From NCBI GenBank assembly GCA_964016885.1, contig OZ024761.1:19530001-19594000 (forward strand): DNA of 64,000 bases. Direction: 5' to 3'. The notes under the pieces were generated by a model. The model worked only from the letters and a program-made list of their open reading frames with translations. It searched no databases and was not told where the DNA came from. Both the position numbers and the translations under genes were made by a program. Below, piece by piece: positions 39,259-52,779 of the stretch. The DNA is from Eledone cirrhosa. Its lineage: Eukaryota. Every line of letters starts with the position of its first letter. The first letter of the stretch is position 1.

Positions 39259-39632
39259 ATGATCTAGTTTCGCTGGGGATCGGCATGAATGTCACCTACA
39301 CACATTTCTCTCCTACGAACTCATACTACGTGTGTAACGAAATCGGTGTGAACCTTATTCCATTTTTTTTTTTTTACCTTCTGATTCCTGGGCCCATTTC
39401 TTCCCATTTAGGGAGTTACTTGGTGCCCTTGACAAACAGGTAAGCAGTATGCCATAATTCCCTGCTTGCTAAATCTGACTTAAATTTGGGGTTATTTATT
39501 TGTAAGAAGAATTTCTATATTTACATGGTAAGATGACCCTCAGCCCACCTCCCACTAAAGCACCCACACCCTTTTCTGAGAGCACAATCCTGTTTGTTGA
39601 CATCCGATTTAGTAGTACGTAGATGGTAAGCC

Positions 39633-39671
<39 letters not shown>

Positions 39672-40692
39672 TATGTATATGTGTATGTGTGTGTGTATAT
39701 ATATAGTATATATATGTGTGTGTGTGTATATATATATATAGTATATATATATGTGTGTGTATATATATATAGTATATATATGTGTGTATATATATATAGT
39801 ATATGTATGTGTGTGTGTATATATATATATAGTATATATATGTGTGTATATATATATATATATAGTATATATATGTGTGTATATATATATGTGTGTGTAT
39901 ATATATATATATAGTATATATATATATAGTATATATATATGTGTGTGTGTATATATATATATATATATAGTATGTGTATATATATAGTATGTGTATATAT
40001 ATAGTATGTGTATATATATAGTATATGTATATGTGTGTGCATATATATATAGTATATGTATGTGTGTGTATATATATATAGTATATGTATGTGTGTGTAT
40101 ATATATATAGTATATGTATGTGTGTGTATATATATATATATATATAGTATATGTGTGTGTGTGTATATATATATATTTATGTTGTGTGTGTGTGTATATA
40201 TAATATATGTATATGTGTGTGTGTGTATATATAGTATATATATGTGTGTGTATATATATATAGTATATATATGTGTGTGTATATATATATAGTATATATA
40301 TGTGTGTGTGTATATATATATAGTATATATATATGTGTGTGTATATATATATAGTATATATATGTGTGTATATATATGTATATGTGTGTGTATATATATA
40401 TATATAGTATGTGTGTATATATATATATAGTATATGTATATGTGTGTGTGTATATATATATATATTGTATATGTGTATGTATATATATATATATATTTAT
40501 ATGTTGTGTGTGTGTGTATATATATATATACCCACACACGATTTCAGAAAACTGATCGAAGGCATTCCATCCGTGACTATCTAAGATCACCTTATCCAAC
40601 AAGTTCTTCGTTTTATAAGACAGTGTCTGACTTGACTGAGATTTGACTGTTATTTCTAACATATAAGCTCCTTTGTTTACTTGATATATATA

Positions 40693-40743
<51 letters not shown>

Positions 40744-41327
40744 GGAGCATTAGGTTTTATAAATAGATATTGAACCCTCCTTCAATACAAACACACCATC
40801 ATCATCATCATCATCATCACCGTTTAACATTAAATTTTCTACGCTTGCATGGGTTAGACGGGTTGTCCGCGCTGGGAGGCAAGTCTGGTCAGGGTTGGTC
40901 ATGTGTGGCACCTTGTTCCAGTGAGGACTATAAATATGATTGGGTATTTCACTGCTGGATGCCCTTCCTAAAACCAACCATGTGTGGTTTAGATGTGACT
41001 CTGTACATATAATCTCACATATCTGATGAGATGTCGGAAAAGAGTCCGGCCCCATTTCTTTGATTGTACCCTGAGCTGATCGGTATCGAACCAATTGTAA
41101 TATGCAAATAAAGTTTGTACATATGCTGCAACACTGACTTCGATTCTTTTAAATCTCTTTACATTCTGCACACTGCAGCCGTAACACTGGAATACAACCC
41201 AAATGAAACAGACCTTGTAAGCATTGAGTGTTTCAAATGGCGCACTGCCTGTAACTGTCATTCCACACTTAACTAACACTTATATATATATATAGTGGTC
41301 ATGTAGGTGTCATGACAAAAGCGAGCG

Positions 41328-41975
41328 CCCAGTCCACACTGTAAAGTGGTCGTGTAGGTGCCACGGCAAAAAGCAGCCAGTTCACACTGTAAAGTGGTCG
41401 TGTAGGTGCCACGGCAAAAAGCAGCCAGTCCACACTGTAAAGTGGTCGTGTAGGTGCCACGGCAAAAAGCAGCCAGTTCACACTGTAAAGTGTTCGTGTA
41501 GGTGCCACGGCAAAAAGCAGCCAGTCCACACTGTAAAGTGGTTGTGTAGGTGCCACGGCAAAAAGCAGCCAGTTCACACTGTAAAGTGTTCGTGTAGGTG
41601 CCACGGCAAAAAGCAGCCAGTCCACACTGTAAAGTGGTCGTGTAGGTGCCACGGCAAAAAGCAGCCAGTCCACACTGTAAAGTGGTCGTGTAGGTGCCAC
41701 GGCAAAAAGCAGCCAGTTCACACTGTAAAGTGTTCGTGTAGGTGCCACGGCAAAAAGCAGCCAGTCCACACTGTAAAGTGGTTGTGTAGGTGCCACGGCA
41801 AAAAGCAGCCAGTTCACACTGTAAAGTGTTCGTGTAGGTGCCACGGCAAAAAGCAGCCAGTCCACACTGTAAAGTGGTCGTGTAGGTGACACGACAAAAA
41901 GCAACCAGTTCACGTAAAGTGGTCGTGTAGGTGTCACGACAAAATGCGTCCAGCCCACACTGTAAATGTGGTTGG
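41328..41975. repeat. 48-bp SINE-derived minisatellite (about 13 units) with a 240-bp higher-order repeat
   Basis: ccagtccacactgtaaagtggtcgtgtaggtgccacggcaaaaagcag; 41461-41640 is identical to 41701-41880; runs into a SINE 3' end. Confidence 0.95.
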
Positions 41976-43724
41976 TTTTAGGAAGGGCATCCAGCTGTAG
42001 AAACCAAGCCAAATTAGTTCAGTGTGAGTGAATCATGGGTCCCCCGACCTGATCCCTTACAAAGGGACAGCCTGTCCTACCCATGCTAGCGTGGAAGATG
42101 GACGTTAAACGACAATGATGATGATGTTTGCAGCTAATTGTGTAGTTTGTTTTAACTGACCACGGCCATTGTCTTGGTTGTATATATCCAATCCAATCCA
42201 GGGCCTTCTCACTCCTGGTGGAGGAACCCCCTCCCAGGTTGACCCCCACCACTTTCTGTTTGGTTTTGATCCTGTCTTCAGGGCTGTTTCCATGCTTGGC
42301 TAATTGCAGGTTGGTGAGGCTATTTAACCCATAGTTGCGGGGTATGGCCGTTGATTCTGAGGAGTTCATGCATCCTTTTTTACAGCTCTTTTTTTTTTTT
42401 GTTCTGCTTGGGTGGGTTCTACTTACCCTTCTCACCAGACGATACATACATATCCGTGCAAATATCAAGGTGAGTTAGCAGAATGCTGCCCCTCAAAATG
42501 ACAGCCTTACTTGACACTGTGGTTTTATTGCACAGAGCAAAGTGGGCCTTGCAGTCCACTCGAGGGAGCATGTGGTGGGTGATCCACAGACTATCGGGCA
42601 GAATGAGTCTGTGACATGCTCCGTCTGTCAAAAAGGTCTGTAGAACAACTGTAGGCCTCAAGAGACATATGTGCGTTCATGGAATCTAGACGCACTAAAA
42701 ATATTTTTTGTTTAAAAAACAAATCCTTGCTGATGTTAACCTAATATATTGTGTTGTTATTTCTGTTTACTGCCTTCCCTTGCACACAAGCTTAAACCTA
42801 GTCAGTAGGTACCGCTTAACCCAATATACACTCCCACCCCTACGCCATCCTCTCACTTCCATCCACTGTAAAGTGGTCGTGTCGGTGACACAACAAAAAG
42901 CACCCAGTCAGCACTGTAAAGTGGTTGTGTAGGAGACACGGAAAAAAGGCTCCCAGTCCACACTGTAAATGTGGTTGGTGTTAGGAAGGGCATGCAGCTG
43001 TAAAAAACCTTCCACAGACAGTTCTGTACGAGTGAGACACGGTCTCCCGACCAAGTGGAACAAAACCGTCTAACCCATGCTAGCATGGAAGATAGATGTT
43101 AAACGATGATGATGATGATATATATTTATTTATTTATTTATAGCAATATCTGTAGATGTAAAAGGAAAAAGGAAAACAGTGCTCAGTCAGGAAGAGCAGA
43201 TATATTGTATTATATATTTATGTTCATACATGGAACAAAGACACTACCGAAGGTTTCAAGGCCCAAATGTGACCATACCTCCAGAAAACAAGGCATCAAA
43301 ATATTGACATTTCTTCCAACACTATGGATGTCTGGTCAAATTTGGGCCTTGAAACCTTGGGCAGTGCCTTTGTTCCATGTATGAACATAAACAATATATA
43401 TAGTAATAATAAATGTGAAGACTAAAATCCAAAGAGGGCTCAATAAGGATTATATATATATATATATATATAAACCATAGAGCAAATATTTATTATAAGA
43501 TTAAAGTTTAAGCAAAGAATCGTTGCTTTGACCCTTTACGGGATCTTCTGAAACTCAGAAAATCCTGTAAAGAGTGAAAGCAGTGATTCTTTGCTTAAAC
43601 TTTAATCTGTACTTATAATATATATATATATATATTGGCAGTATGGCTAAGGAGTTCATTTCAAAACCACATAGTTTGGGGTTCAGTGCAACTGCATGGC
43701 ATTTGAAGAGTATAGGTATCTTTA

Positions 43725-43756
<32 letters not shown>

Positions 43757-43760
<4 letters not shown>

Positions 43761-44095
43761 GTTTAATTCTCAGACCGGGTGATGTGTTGTTTCCTTGAGC
43801 AAGACACTTTATTTCACATTGCTCCAGTTTACTAAGCTGTAGAAATGAGATGATAGGACTGGGGTCCCTATCATTCCACTGCAAAGTGGTCGTGGAGGTG
43901 CCACGGCAAAAAAGCACCCAGCCCACACTGTAAAGTGGTCGTGTAGGCATCACGAAAATAAAGCACCCAGCACTCACTGTAAATGAGGTTGGTGTTAGGA
44001 AGGGCATCCGGCTGTAGAAATCAAACCAGATTCAGTTCCCATCCCACCCTTGCAAGCAAGGAAAAGCGGACGTAAAATAATGATGATGATGATGA
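43757..44095 (+). mobile_element. SINE family S2, 5'-truncated, with a duplicated 48-bp internal unit
   Basis: Matches 4790-5060; (ATG)n tail. Confidence 0.85.
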
Positions 44096-45984
44096 TATAT
44101 GTATATATCCATGTTTACATCTACACTCTTTAATTTCATGTCCTGTGATATGACCAATATGTCTAAACCATTGGTGGCAGTGCCCCAGTATGGTCACAGT
44201 CCAGTGACTGATACCAGTTAAAGAAAGAATGTAATAAATTAGTCACTGCCCTACTTATGACCTACTTAATTGCATTAGAGTAGTTAAACAGCTGTTCTCA
44301 TTTACAAGCCACCCCCAGCTGTTGAATATAAACTCAGATTTTGGTAGTAAAGCCTTTATTTGCGTTATTTAGGGCACAGGTGATATGATGTTGCATTATA
44401 GGTAACTATATCCCTATATCATGAAGGAAGCCTTAGGGATTAGGGAATTGGATCTGCAATCGTGAGATTGCGAGTTTGATTCTTGGATTGGGCGAAGCAT
44501 TATGTCCTTGAGCAAGACACTTTATTTCATGCTGCTCTTCCTGCCAGGAGTTGGTCCAATCTGATGATCAACTCCTTTCTTCTGTCAGGAGTTATGACAC
44601 ATGTTGAAAAGACCAATGGAAACATTGTCTCCTTGGTCCAATCCGACGATCAGCTTGTTTAGTTTTGTTTTTCTTTATTTTTTCATTTGGTTGCTATTTC
44701 TAGCATGTTGATCAACCACATTGAGTCCTCTTCACTCACAATGTTATGGGATGACCTGAGATTATGATAAATCATACTTGCATGACACTGGCCCAAGGGG
44801 TTCCATACACACAGACACATCAGAACCACACACATCAGACATGCATCAGATACACACACACATGCACTCGCTCATCATGCACACTCTCACAGGCATCAGA
44901 TATATATGCACACGTGCATCTGATACTCATTCACACATGCACACGCATCGGATACATACACACGATACATACATCAGATACACATTCACACACACATATA
45001 TACACACGCACACACTCATCAGATACACACCACACATGCACACACACACACATCAATTATATATACACATGCATCAGATACACATTTACATACACATGCA
45101 TATATGCACACAGGCATAAGATATACATTCACACATGCATCAGATACACATTCACACACAAATACATCAGATACACAATGACAATGTCACTGGACCGAGA
45201 TCTTTGGCGCTACGCAGTAATACAGAAGACCCGCCTTGCCTATATACAAAGCGAAATCTACAGTCAATAGGCACCACTTAACCAAAATACACTCCTGTCC
45301 CACTACCCCCATCCCATCCACACCACCCCTTCCAATGTAAAGTTATGTTGCTACCACAACATCCAGTCCTAAATAAATAAGGTCGTGTAGGTGTCACGAC
45401 AAAAAAAAAACACAGTCTACGCTGTAATGTGGCCGTGTAAGGTAACACGGTAAAAACCTCCCAGTCCACACTGTAAACGTGGTTGGTGTTAGGAGGGGCA
45501 TCCAGCCGTAGAAAACCTGCCAGACAGTCCTACACGAGCAAGACGACCAATCTTGCCTCAAGTGGGACAATTCCTGTCTAAACCCATGCTAGCGTGGAAG
45601 ATAGACGTTAAACGATGATGATGATGACATATGCACACAGGTATCAGATATGCACACATACACATGCACATGTTCCCTTGGTCCTATTTTGACAAGTTCC
45701 ACACCACTCGGTAAGCAAATGAAGCTTGGGATCTTGTCGATCATTTCCTATTATGTTATGGGAGGTGGTGTCCTGACATCTACTTTGATGCAGTACTGTT
45801 GTAGGTTCAGTTTTCAACTGGTGTCCAATTCTCTGTTTGTTGTACATGTGCTAATTGTTGTTGTTGCTGTTGTTGTTGTTGTGTAGCTCCATGTCTGTCC
45901 TCACTGGGAATAACTACTGTCAGTAACATCATCATCATTATCATCCTCTTCCTCGTCGTCATAAAACTCATCGCCATCCTTAAT

Positions 45985-46245
45985 CGTCATCAGTTCCTCC
46001 CACCCAGTTACTTGCCTCTTTCCTCAACACATGACCCAACCATCTCATTCCATTTCTCTTCACAACATCCATCAAGGCTTGCAACACATGACCCAACCAT
46101 CTCATTCCATTTCTCTTCACAACATCCATCAAGGCTTGCAACACATGACCCAACCATCTCATTCCATTTCTCTTCACAACATCCATCAGTGGCTCTATTC
46201 CTCTCATCCAGTCACTGAGCAATATTCCACTCATCCACATAATGT
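45985..46245 (-). mobile_element. RTE LINE fragment with a 57-bp in-frame triplication
   Basis: LMDVVKRNGMRWLGHVL occurs three times. Confidence 0.85.
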
Positions 46246-46449
46246 TTTCTTAATTGTCATGGTTTCCAGGCATCCACACTACCACTATCCACATTGTACT
46301 GTTCGTTTGTATTTCATAAAAACTAAAATTCTTTTTTCTACCTCTAAACCTGTAATTTTCTTTATATAGGTGCTCAATCAATAGGGCCCTCAACCACAGT
46401 CGAATGCACTGAGTGCACATTGTAAATGCTGGCACAGATACCATATTAA

Positions 46450-46930
46450 AAAGCACCCAGGCCACCCTGCAAAGCCGTAGTGCTGTTGCCTTGACAAAAT
46501 GTACCCAGTACACTCTGTAAAGTTGTAGTGCTGGTGCCACGACAAAAAGCAAGCGATTCACTTTGTAAAGTGGTAGTGCTGGTACCATGAGAAAAAGCAC
46601 CCAATCCACCCTGTAAAGTGGTAGTGCTGGTGCCATAACAAAATCTACCCAGTCCACCCTGTAAAGTTGTAGTGCTGGTGCCATGAGAAAATGTACCCAG
46701 TCCACCTTGTAAAGTTGTAGTGCTGGTGCCAGGACAAAAATGCACCCAATACACTCTATAAAGTGCTAGTGTCAGTACCACGATAAACTACACCCAGTAC
46801 ACACTGTAGAATGACGTTAGGAAGGGCATTCAGCTGTAGAAAGAATGGACCATATGAGCAGGGCATGGTCATATAATTTGTCTGGTCTCAGAACGTGACA
46901 ACCCATCCAACCCATGCCATGATGGTGATT
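46450..46930 (+). repeat. SINE-derived ~48-bp minisatellite followed by a SINE 3' end
   Basis: acccagt.caccctgtaaagttgtagtgctggtgcca units, then ttaggaagggcattcagctgtagaaa. Confidence 0.85.
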
Positions 46931-47365
46931 GTATGAGGGTCGCCTTAAAAGTTCAGGAGTAATGCTAGAGCTGTACAATCTTGCATTAATTTCAACTCTT
47001 ATTGTTTCTACTTTAGGCACAAGGCCAGCAATTACCCAGTGCATTACTGGTACTTTATTTTATCGACCCCTGTAAGGATGAAAGGCAAAGTCAACCTCGG
47101 CGGGATTTGAACTCAGATCGTAAAGAGACGTAACTATGCTGGAAAGCATGGCGTCCGACCCTCTACTGATACTGCCAATCCTTATTAATAACTGCATTGT
47201 TTCTTTCCAGGGACTATGTTAAAAAATAAACCCCATTTGGTCATTCCATGAGAGTATCTTGGTCGGCCTATGAACTTTTCAGCTGACCCTTGTATTCTCT
47301 TGTTGCATATTTTATTTTTTATTTTGTTATTTATTTCTACATATTTTCTTCTTCTTATTTTTCAG

Positions 47366-47401
47366 GTTCCTCGGCAAAGGCTCTAGTTATCCTAAAGGGG
47401 G
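47366..47401 (+). CDS. LIN9: LIN9 coding exon 2 (36 nt; SSSAKALVILKG)
   Basis: tttttcAG|gttcc...ggggg|GTAAGT; phase 1-1; matches the vertebrate LIN9 SSSAKALVSLKEG segment. Confidence 0.88.
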
Positions 47402-47454
47402 GTAAGTATGCAAATATATTTATATAATCTTAATTCAACTCTGGATGTCGGTGA

Positions 47455-47625
47455 ACATGTCCACTGCACGGACACACTGGAAGAGGAAGACCGAGGTTGA
47501 CATATGTTGATGCCCTAAGGACAGACACTGGTCTCTTGGAGACGCAGGACATGGCAGCGGTAATGAGGGACAGAGACCGCTGGAAAGAACTCATCCATGG
47601 ATCTCGGGGAATTTCACCCGCCCTA
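47455..47625 (+). mobile_element. Short RTE-type LINE 3' remnant with a (TAGA)n tail
   Basis: GRGRPRLTYVDALR.DTGL...M.DRDRWK translation. Confidence 0.7.
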
Positions 47626-48294
47626 GATAGATAGATAGAATCTTAATTTTGTTGCTGTTTTCTTCGATTGTTGGCATGCCAATGAGGAAGAGGAGGAGTA
47701 GGGGAGTTATGTTTTGTTGGATTGGCAGTAATCGGTAGAGCGTTGGACAACATGCTTTGTGGAATAGAGTTACGGCCCTTTACATAATCCTGCTGAGGTT
47801 AGCTTTGTCTTTCATCCTTAGGTGGGGGGGGGGGGCGATAAAATTAAGTACCAGTAACCCACTGGGGTAGATGTAATCAACTTTGCCCTCCCACTAAATT
47901 GTTGGCCTTGTGCCTAAATCTGAAACCATTATTAAAGGGCAGTGGGTTGGCAGAATCGGTAGAGCGTTGGACAACATGCTTTGCAGCATATAGTTACAGT
48001 CCTTTATGTTTAGCTTTGCCTTTCATCATTATGGGGGTCTATAAAATAAAGTACTAGTAACACGCTGGGGATTGATTTAATTGACTTTCCCCTCCCACCA
48101 AATTGTTGGTCTTGTGTCTAAATCAGAAACCATTAATATTAGTTATTGTCTTCCATCCAGTTTTCCATGGGTTGGAGGAAGGCCAAAATTTTTTCCTGGC
48201 TCCATGGTTGTCAGGTGACTGAAAATGCGAGACCCCCCACCCACACCTGTGCCTCAATCATCATCATTATTTGATATGTTTTATAATAATTATG

Positions 48295-48950
48295 CACCCA
48301 GCCCACTTTGTATAGTGGTCGTGTAGGAGTCACGACAAAAAGCACCCAGTCCACACTGTAAATGTGGTCGTGTAGGAGTCGTGACAAAAAGTGCCCAGTA
48401 CACACTGTAAATGTGGTCGTGTAGCAGTCGTGACAAAACCAACCAGTCCACACTGTAAATGTGGTCGTGTAGGAGTCACGACAAAAAGTGCCCTGTACAC
48501 ATTGTAAATGTGGTCGTGTAGGAGTCGTGACAAAACCAACCAGTCCACACTGTAAATGTGGTCGTGTAGGAGTCGTGACAAAACCAACCAGTCCACACTA
48601 AATGTGGTCGTGTAGGAGTCATGACAAAACCAACCAGTCCACACTGTAAATGTGGTCATGTAGGAGTTGTGACAAAACCAACCAGTCCACACTAAATGTG
48701 GTCGTGTAGGAGTCGTGACAAAACCAACCAGTCCACACTGTAAATGTGGTCATGTAGGAGTCACGACAAAAAGTGCCCAGTACACACTGTAAATGTGGTT
48801 GGCAATAGGAAGGGCATCCAATCATAGAAACCTGGCCAGAAACAGTCCTATATGAGCAAGACATGGTCACGTGACCCAACTTGCTTCTTATGGGACAACC
48901 CGTCTAACCCATGCTAGCATGGCAAATGGACATTAAATACTGCTGATGAT
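48295..48950 (+). repeat. SINE-derived ~48-bp minisatellite (about 10 units) plus SINE 3' end
   Basis: ccagtccacactgtaaatgtggtcgtgtaggagtcgtgacaaaaccaa units. Confidence 0.9.
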
Positions 48951-49789
48951 AAATAATAATTATATATTTAAGTTAACGAAGTATCGTTTAAGGCAATCCA
49001 AGTAGAGGTTATGAGTACTCTGTGTCGAGGATCGTTCTAAAGTTCGGCGTTGTTTGACTCAACAAGAAGTTTACTTAGTTGTGGTGTTCGGGTGGCCGAT
49101 TCCAGACAGTTCCTAGGTAAGTGGTTCCTGGGGTATTAATAATAAAGGAGTGAAGAATAACATGGATCGGCTGTACAGTAGGGTTTATTCCAAATATTAA
49201 CAATTGTTTCATTGGTCCATCGTGTCTAAATACCGCTATCCGCAGTATGTCACGGCACTCGATTTTAATTACAGTTGACACCCAACCAAATTCTCAAAAT
49301 ACTCTTGAGAATTTGGTTGGGTGTCAACTGCAGACAGCAGTTTTAGACATACCGGACTAATGAAACATTTGTTAATACTTGGAATAAAGCCTATTGTACA
49401 GCCGATCCGTGTTATTCTTCACTCCTTTATTATATATATATAGGAACGATCGACTTTCGTCAAATCGGACCAAGGGAACAATGTTTCCGTTGGTCTTTCC
49501 AATTGCTAATACTATCTATCGGTCGCAACTCCAGGTAGAAGGAGCAACGTGAAATAAAGTGTCTTGCTCAAGGACATAACGCATCGCCTGGTCCAGGAAT
49601 CGAACTCACAAACTTACGATTGCGAATCCAATTCTCTAACCACTCAGCCACATGCCTTCACTATATATATACTATAGTAAAAGTTTGGTAGAAATATCCA
49701 AGAGTAAGAACATTCAGTCCATAAGACGAGTTTGGTATAAATAAACTGTAAATAAGCCTGTTGTGGATATATATATATTATTTATATAT

Positions 49790-50940
49790 ATCATCATCAT
49801 CGTTTAACATCCATCTTCCTAGCCAGCATGGGTTGGATGGGTTTGTCCCACTTGAGGCAAGATTGGTCGGGTGACCGTGTCTCGCTCGTACAGAACTATT
49901 TCTGGAAGGTTTTCTACGGCTGTATGTCCTTCCTAACACCAACCACATTTACAGTGAGGACTGGGAGCCTTTCTACCGTGTCTCCTACATGACCACTTTA
50001 CGGTGTGGGCTGGGAGCCTTTCTACCGTGTCTCCTACATGACCACTTTACAGTGTGGGCTGGGAGCCTTTTTACTGTGTCTCTTACATGATTACTTTACA
50101 GTGTGGACTGGGAGCTTCTTTACCATGTCACCTACATGACTACTTTACAGTGTGGGCTGGGAGCCTTTTTACTGTGTCTCCTACATGATTACTTTACAGT
50201 GTGGACTGGGAGCTTCTTTACCATGTCACCTACATGACTACTTTACAGTGTGGGCTGGGAGCCTTTTTACTGTGTCTTCTACATGATTACTTTACAGTGT
50301 GGACTGGGAGCTTCTTTACCATGTCACCTACATGACTACTTTACAGTGTGGGCTGGGAGCCTTTTTACCATGTCACCTACATGACTACTTTACAGTGAGG
50401 ACTGGGAGCCTTTCTACCGTGTCTCCTACACGACCACTTCACAGTGTAGACTGGGAGCCTTTTTACCATGTCACCTACATGACCACTTCACAGTGTAGAC
50501 TGGGAGCCTTTTTACCATGTCACCTACATGACCACTTCACAGTGTAGACTGGGAGCCTTTTTACCATGTCACCTACATGACCACTTTACAGTGTGGGCTG
50601 GGAGCCTTTTTACCATGTCACCTACATGACCACTTCACAGTGTAGACTGGGAGCCTTTTTACCATGTCACCTACACGACCACTTCACAGTGTAGACTGGG
50701 AGCCTTTTTACCATGTCACCTACATGACCACTTCACAGTGTAGACTGGGAGCCTTTTTACCATGTCACCTACATGACCACTTCACAGTGTAGACTGGGAG
50801 CCTTTTTACCATGTCACCTACATGACCACTTTACAGTGTGGACTGGGAGCCTTTTTAACATGTCTCCAACACGACCATTTTACAGTGTAGACTGGGAGCC
50901 TTTTTACCATGTCTCCAACACGACCACTTTACAGTGGATG
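49790..50940 (-). repeat. SINE with an internal 48-bp unit amplified about 20 times
   Basis: actgggagcctttttaccatgtcacctacatgaccacttcacagtgtag units between SINE 3' and 5' remnants. Confidence 0.9.
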
Positions 50941-51698
50941 GAAGTAGGAGGGTGGGGTGTATATTGGGTTAAGAGGTGCCTGCTGACTGTATCCATGACA
51001 GGCTTCTTTACAGTTTCCATCTACCATATTCAATAGCTGCAATAGAAGACACTTGGCCCAGGTGCCACACAATGGGACTTAACCCAGGACCATGTCGTTC
51101 TGGATCAAACCCCCTAAATACTAACCACACGGCCACTGCTGTGCTGTTTTATGATATATAATTCAAACTAAACATTGTATCATATTCACACACAATATTT
51201 ACAGTTAGTCACACAGAAAAAAAAACAAAGAAAGGAACATATATATAAAACAAATACCAAACACAAAGAAAGAAAAACAAGGGAGAAATATATAAACGAA
51301 CGGAACAAAAGCCGAGAGAAACTTAAATTGATCGATTCAACCATGCGATGCAATGATCAGATCACAAATGGTCGCTCAGTTAGTTGCCTTACCACTCCTA
51401 AACTCCTCCCCTTCTCCACCACCTCCTCTTCTATACAGCCTTTCTTTCTTTCTTTCTTTCTTCCTGCCTCGGTGCAATCAGCCGGCAATAAAGTTTAACT
51501 GCATAACAATATTCTATTATATATATATATATATGTATATATATTATGTATATATTATATTTATATGTATATATATTATGTATATATTATATATATATGT
51601 ATATATATTATATATATATGTATATATTATATAGATATTATATATATATATATGTGTATATATATTATATGTAGATATTATATATATATATATGTATA

Positions 51699-51745
<47 letters not shown>

Positions 51746-51944
51746 TACACACATACACACACATGTACACACACACCCACACACGCATATATATATATAT
51801 ATATATACGTTATTTCGGGTTGAATCGGAGGTAACCACAGTAAGTAAGGTACTCAATACATAAACAGACACAGATACACACACACAAACACACATATAAA
51901 AACACACAGACACATATATATATATATATGCGTGTATGTGTGTG

Positions 51945-51997
<53 letters not shown>

Positions 51998-52009
51998 ACA
52001 CGCACATAG

Positions 52010-52545
52010 GTGCGACCACACTTAGAATTTGCATCACCAGTCTGGAACCCCTATCTTGCTCAGGACATTGACCGCCTGGAAACTGTTCAGAGACGTGCAA
52101 CCAAGCGGATACCCTCCATCAGGCACCTACCATACTCTGAGCGCCTTGCTTCCCTGGGCATGGATTCATTGAAGCTCTGACTTGGTAAACACCCACAAAA
52201 TTGTTAACCATGTTGCCAACAACAACCCTGAGTGCTTTTCGATTTCCATGTGTCTAACACACGTGGACATGCCCACAAAGTAAGAAAACAGCACAGTTCC
52301 CATGACTTTCGGAAACATTTTTTCACGCTCAGAGTTGCTGAAGCATGGAACAAACTACCTGCATCAGTTGTTAGCTGTCGAGACACTGCATCCTTTAAGG
52401 CCTCCATGCTTCCCGAGATCCGCCAACACTACAGCTAACACATACACACATGTACTTCCCTGACATTTGTGTATTATTCTATGTACTTTCTTGACGAGTT
52501 GTAGTGCACCTGAGCACTTTACACAATAATTTCATTATTATTATT
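52010..52545 (+). mobile_element. CR1/L2-type LINE 3' fragment
   Basis: ID.LETVQRRATK.IP...YSERL...TRGHAHKV...FFTLRVAEAWNKLP; (ATT)n tail. Confidence 0.85.
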
Positions 52546-52779
52546 CATTATTATATATATGTATATTATATTAAAAAAATATATATATTGGACTGACATA
52601 AACAGATCATATAGACTAGAGGTGGTGTGTTTTTGTATATATGTATATATTTGTGTGTATGTGTGTGTGTGTTGATCAGTGAGTCACATTGACATAACAT
52701 GAAGACTGTGTGTGTGTGTGTGGAGAGAAGAAAATAATGTCCTAAAGTGAGTGGTGCTAAAATTTGGCCTGGTTGGCGT

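Noticed and set aside
38385-40662. Long ORFs rich in Y/I/C/V/H/T (also 1434-2428, 26670-27433, 28515-29309, 52747-54230)
   Set aside because: Translations of (TA)n/(CA)n/(AG)n/(CCA)n microsatellites, open in several frames at once.
41299-42012. 237-aa ORF with 16-aa repeats
   Set aside because: A by-product of a stop-free 48-bp SINE-derived unit; no splice or start support.
42140-42700. Unique-looking block as an extra LIN9 exon or nested gene
   Set aside because: LIN9 exons 1 and 2 already join in frame; no convincing spliced ORF; more likely an old retroelement remnant.
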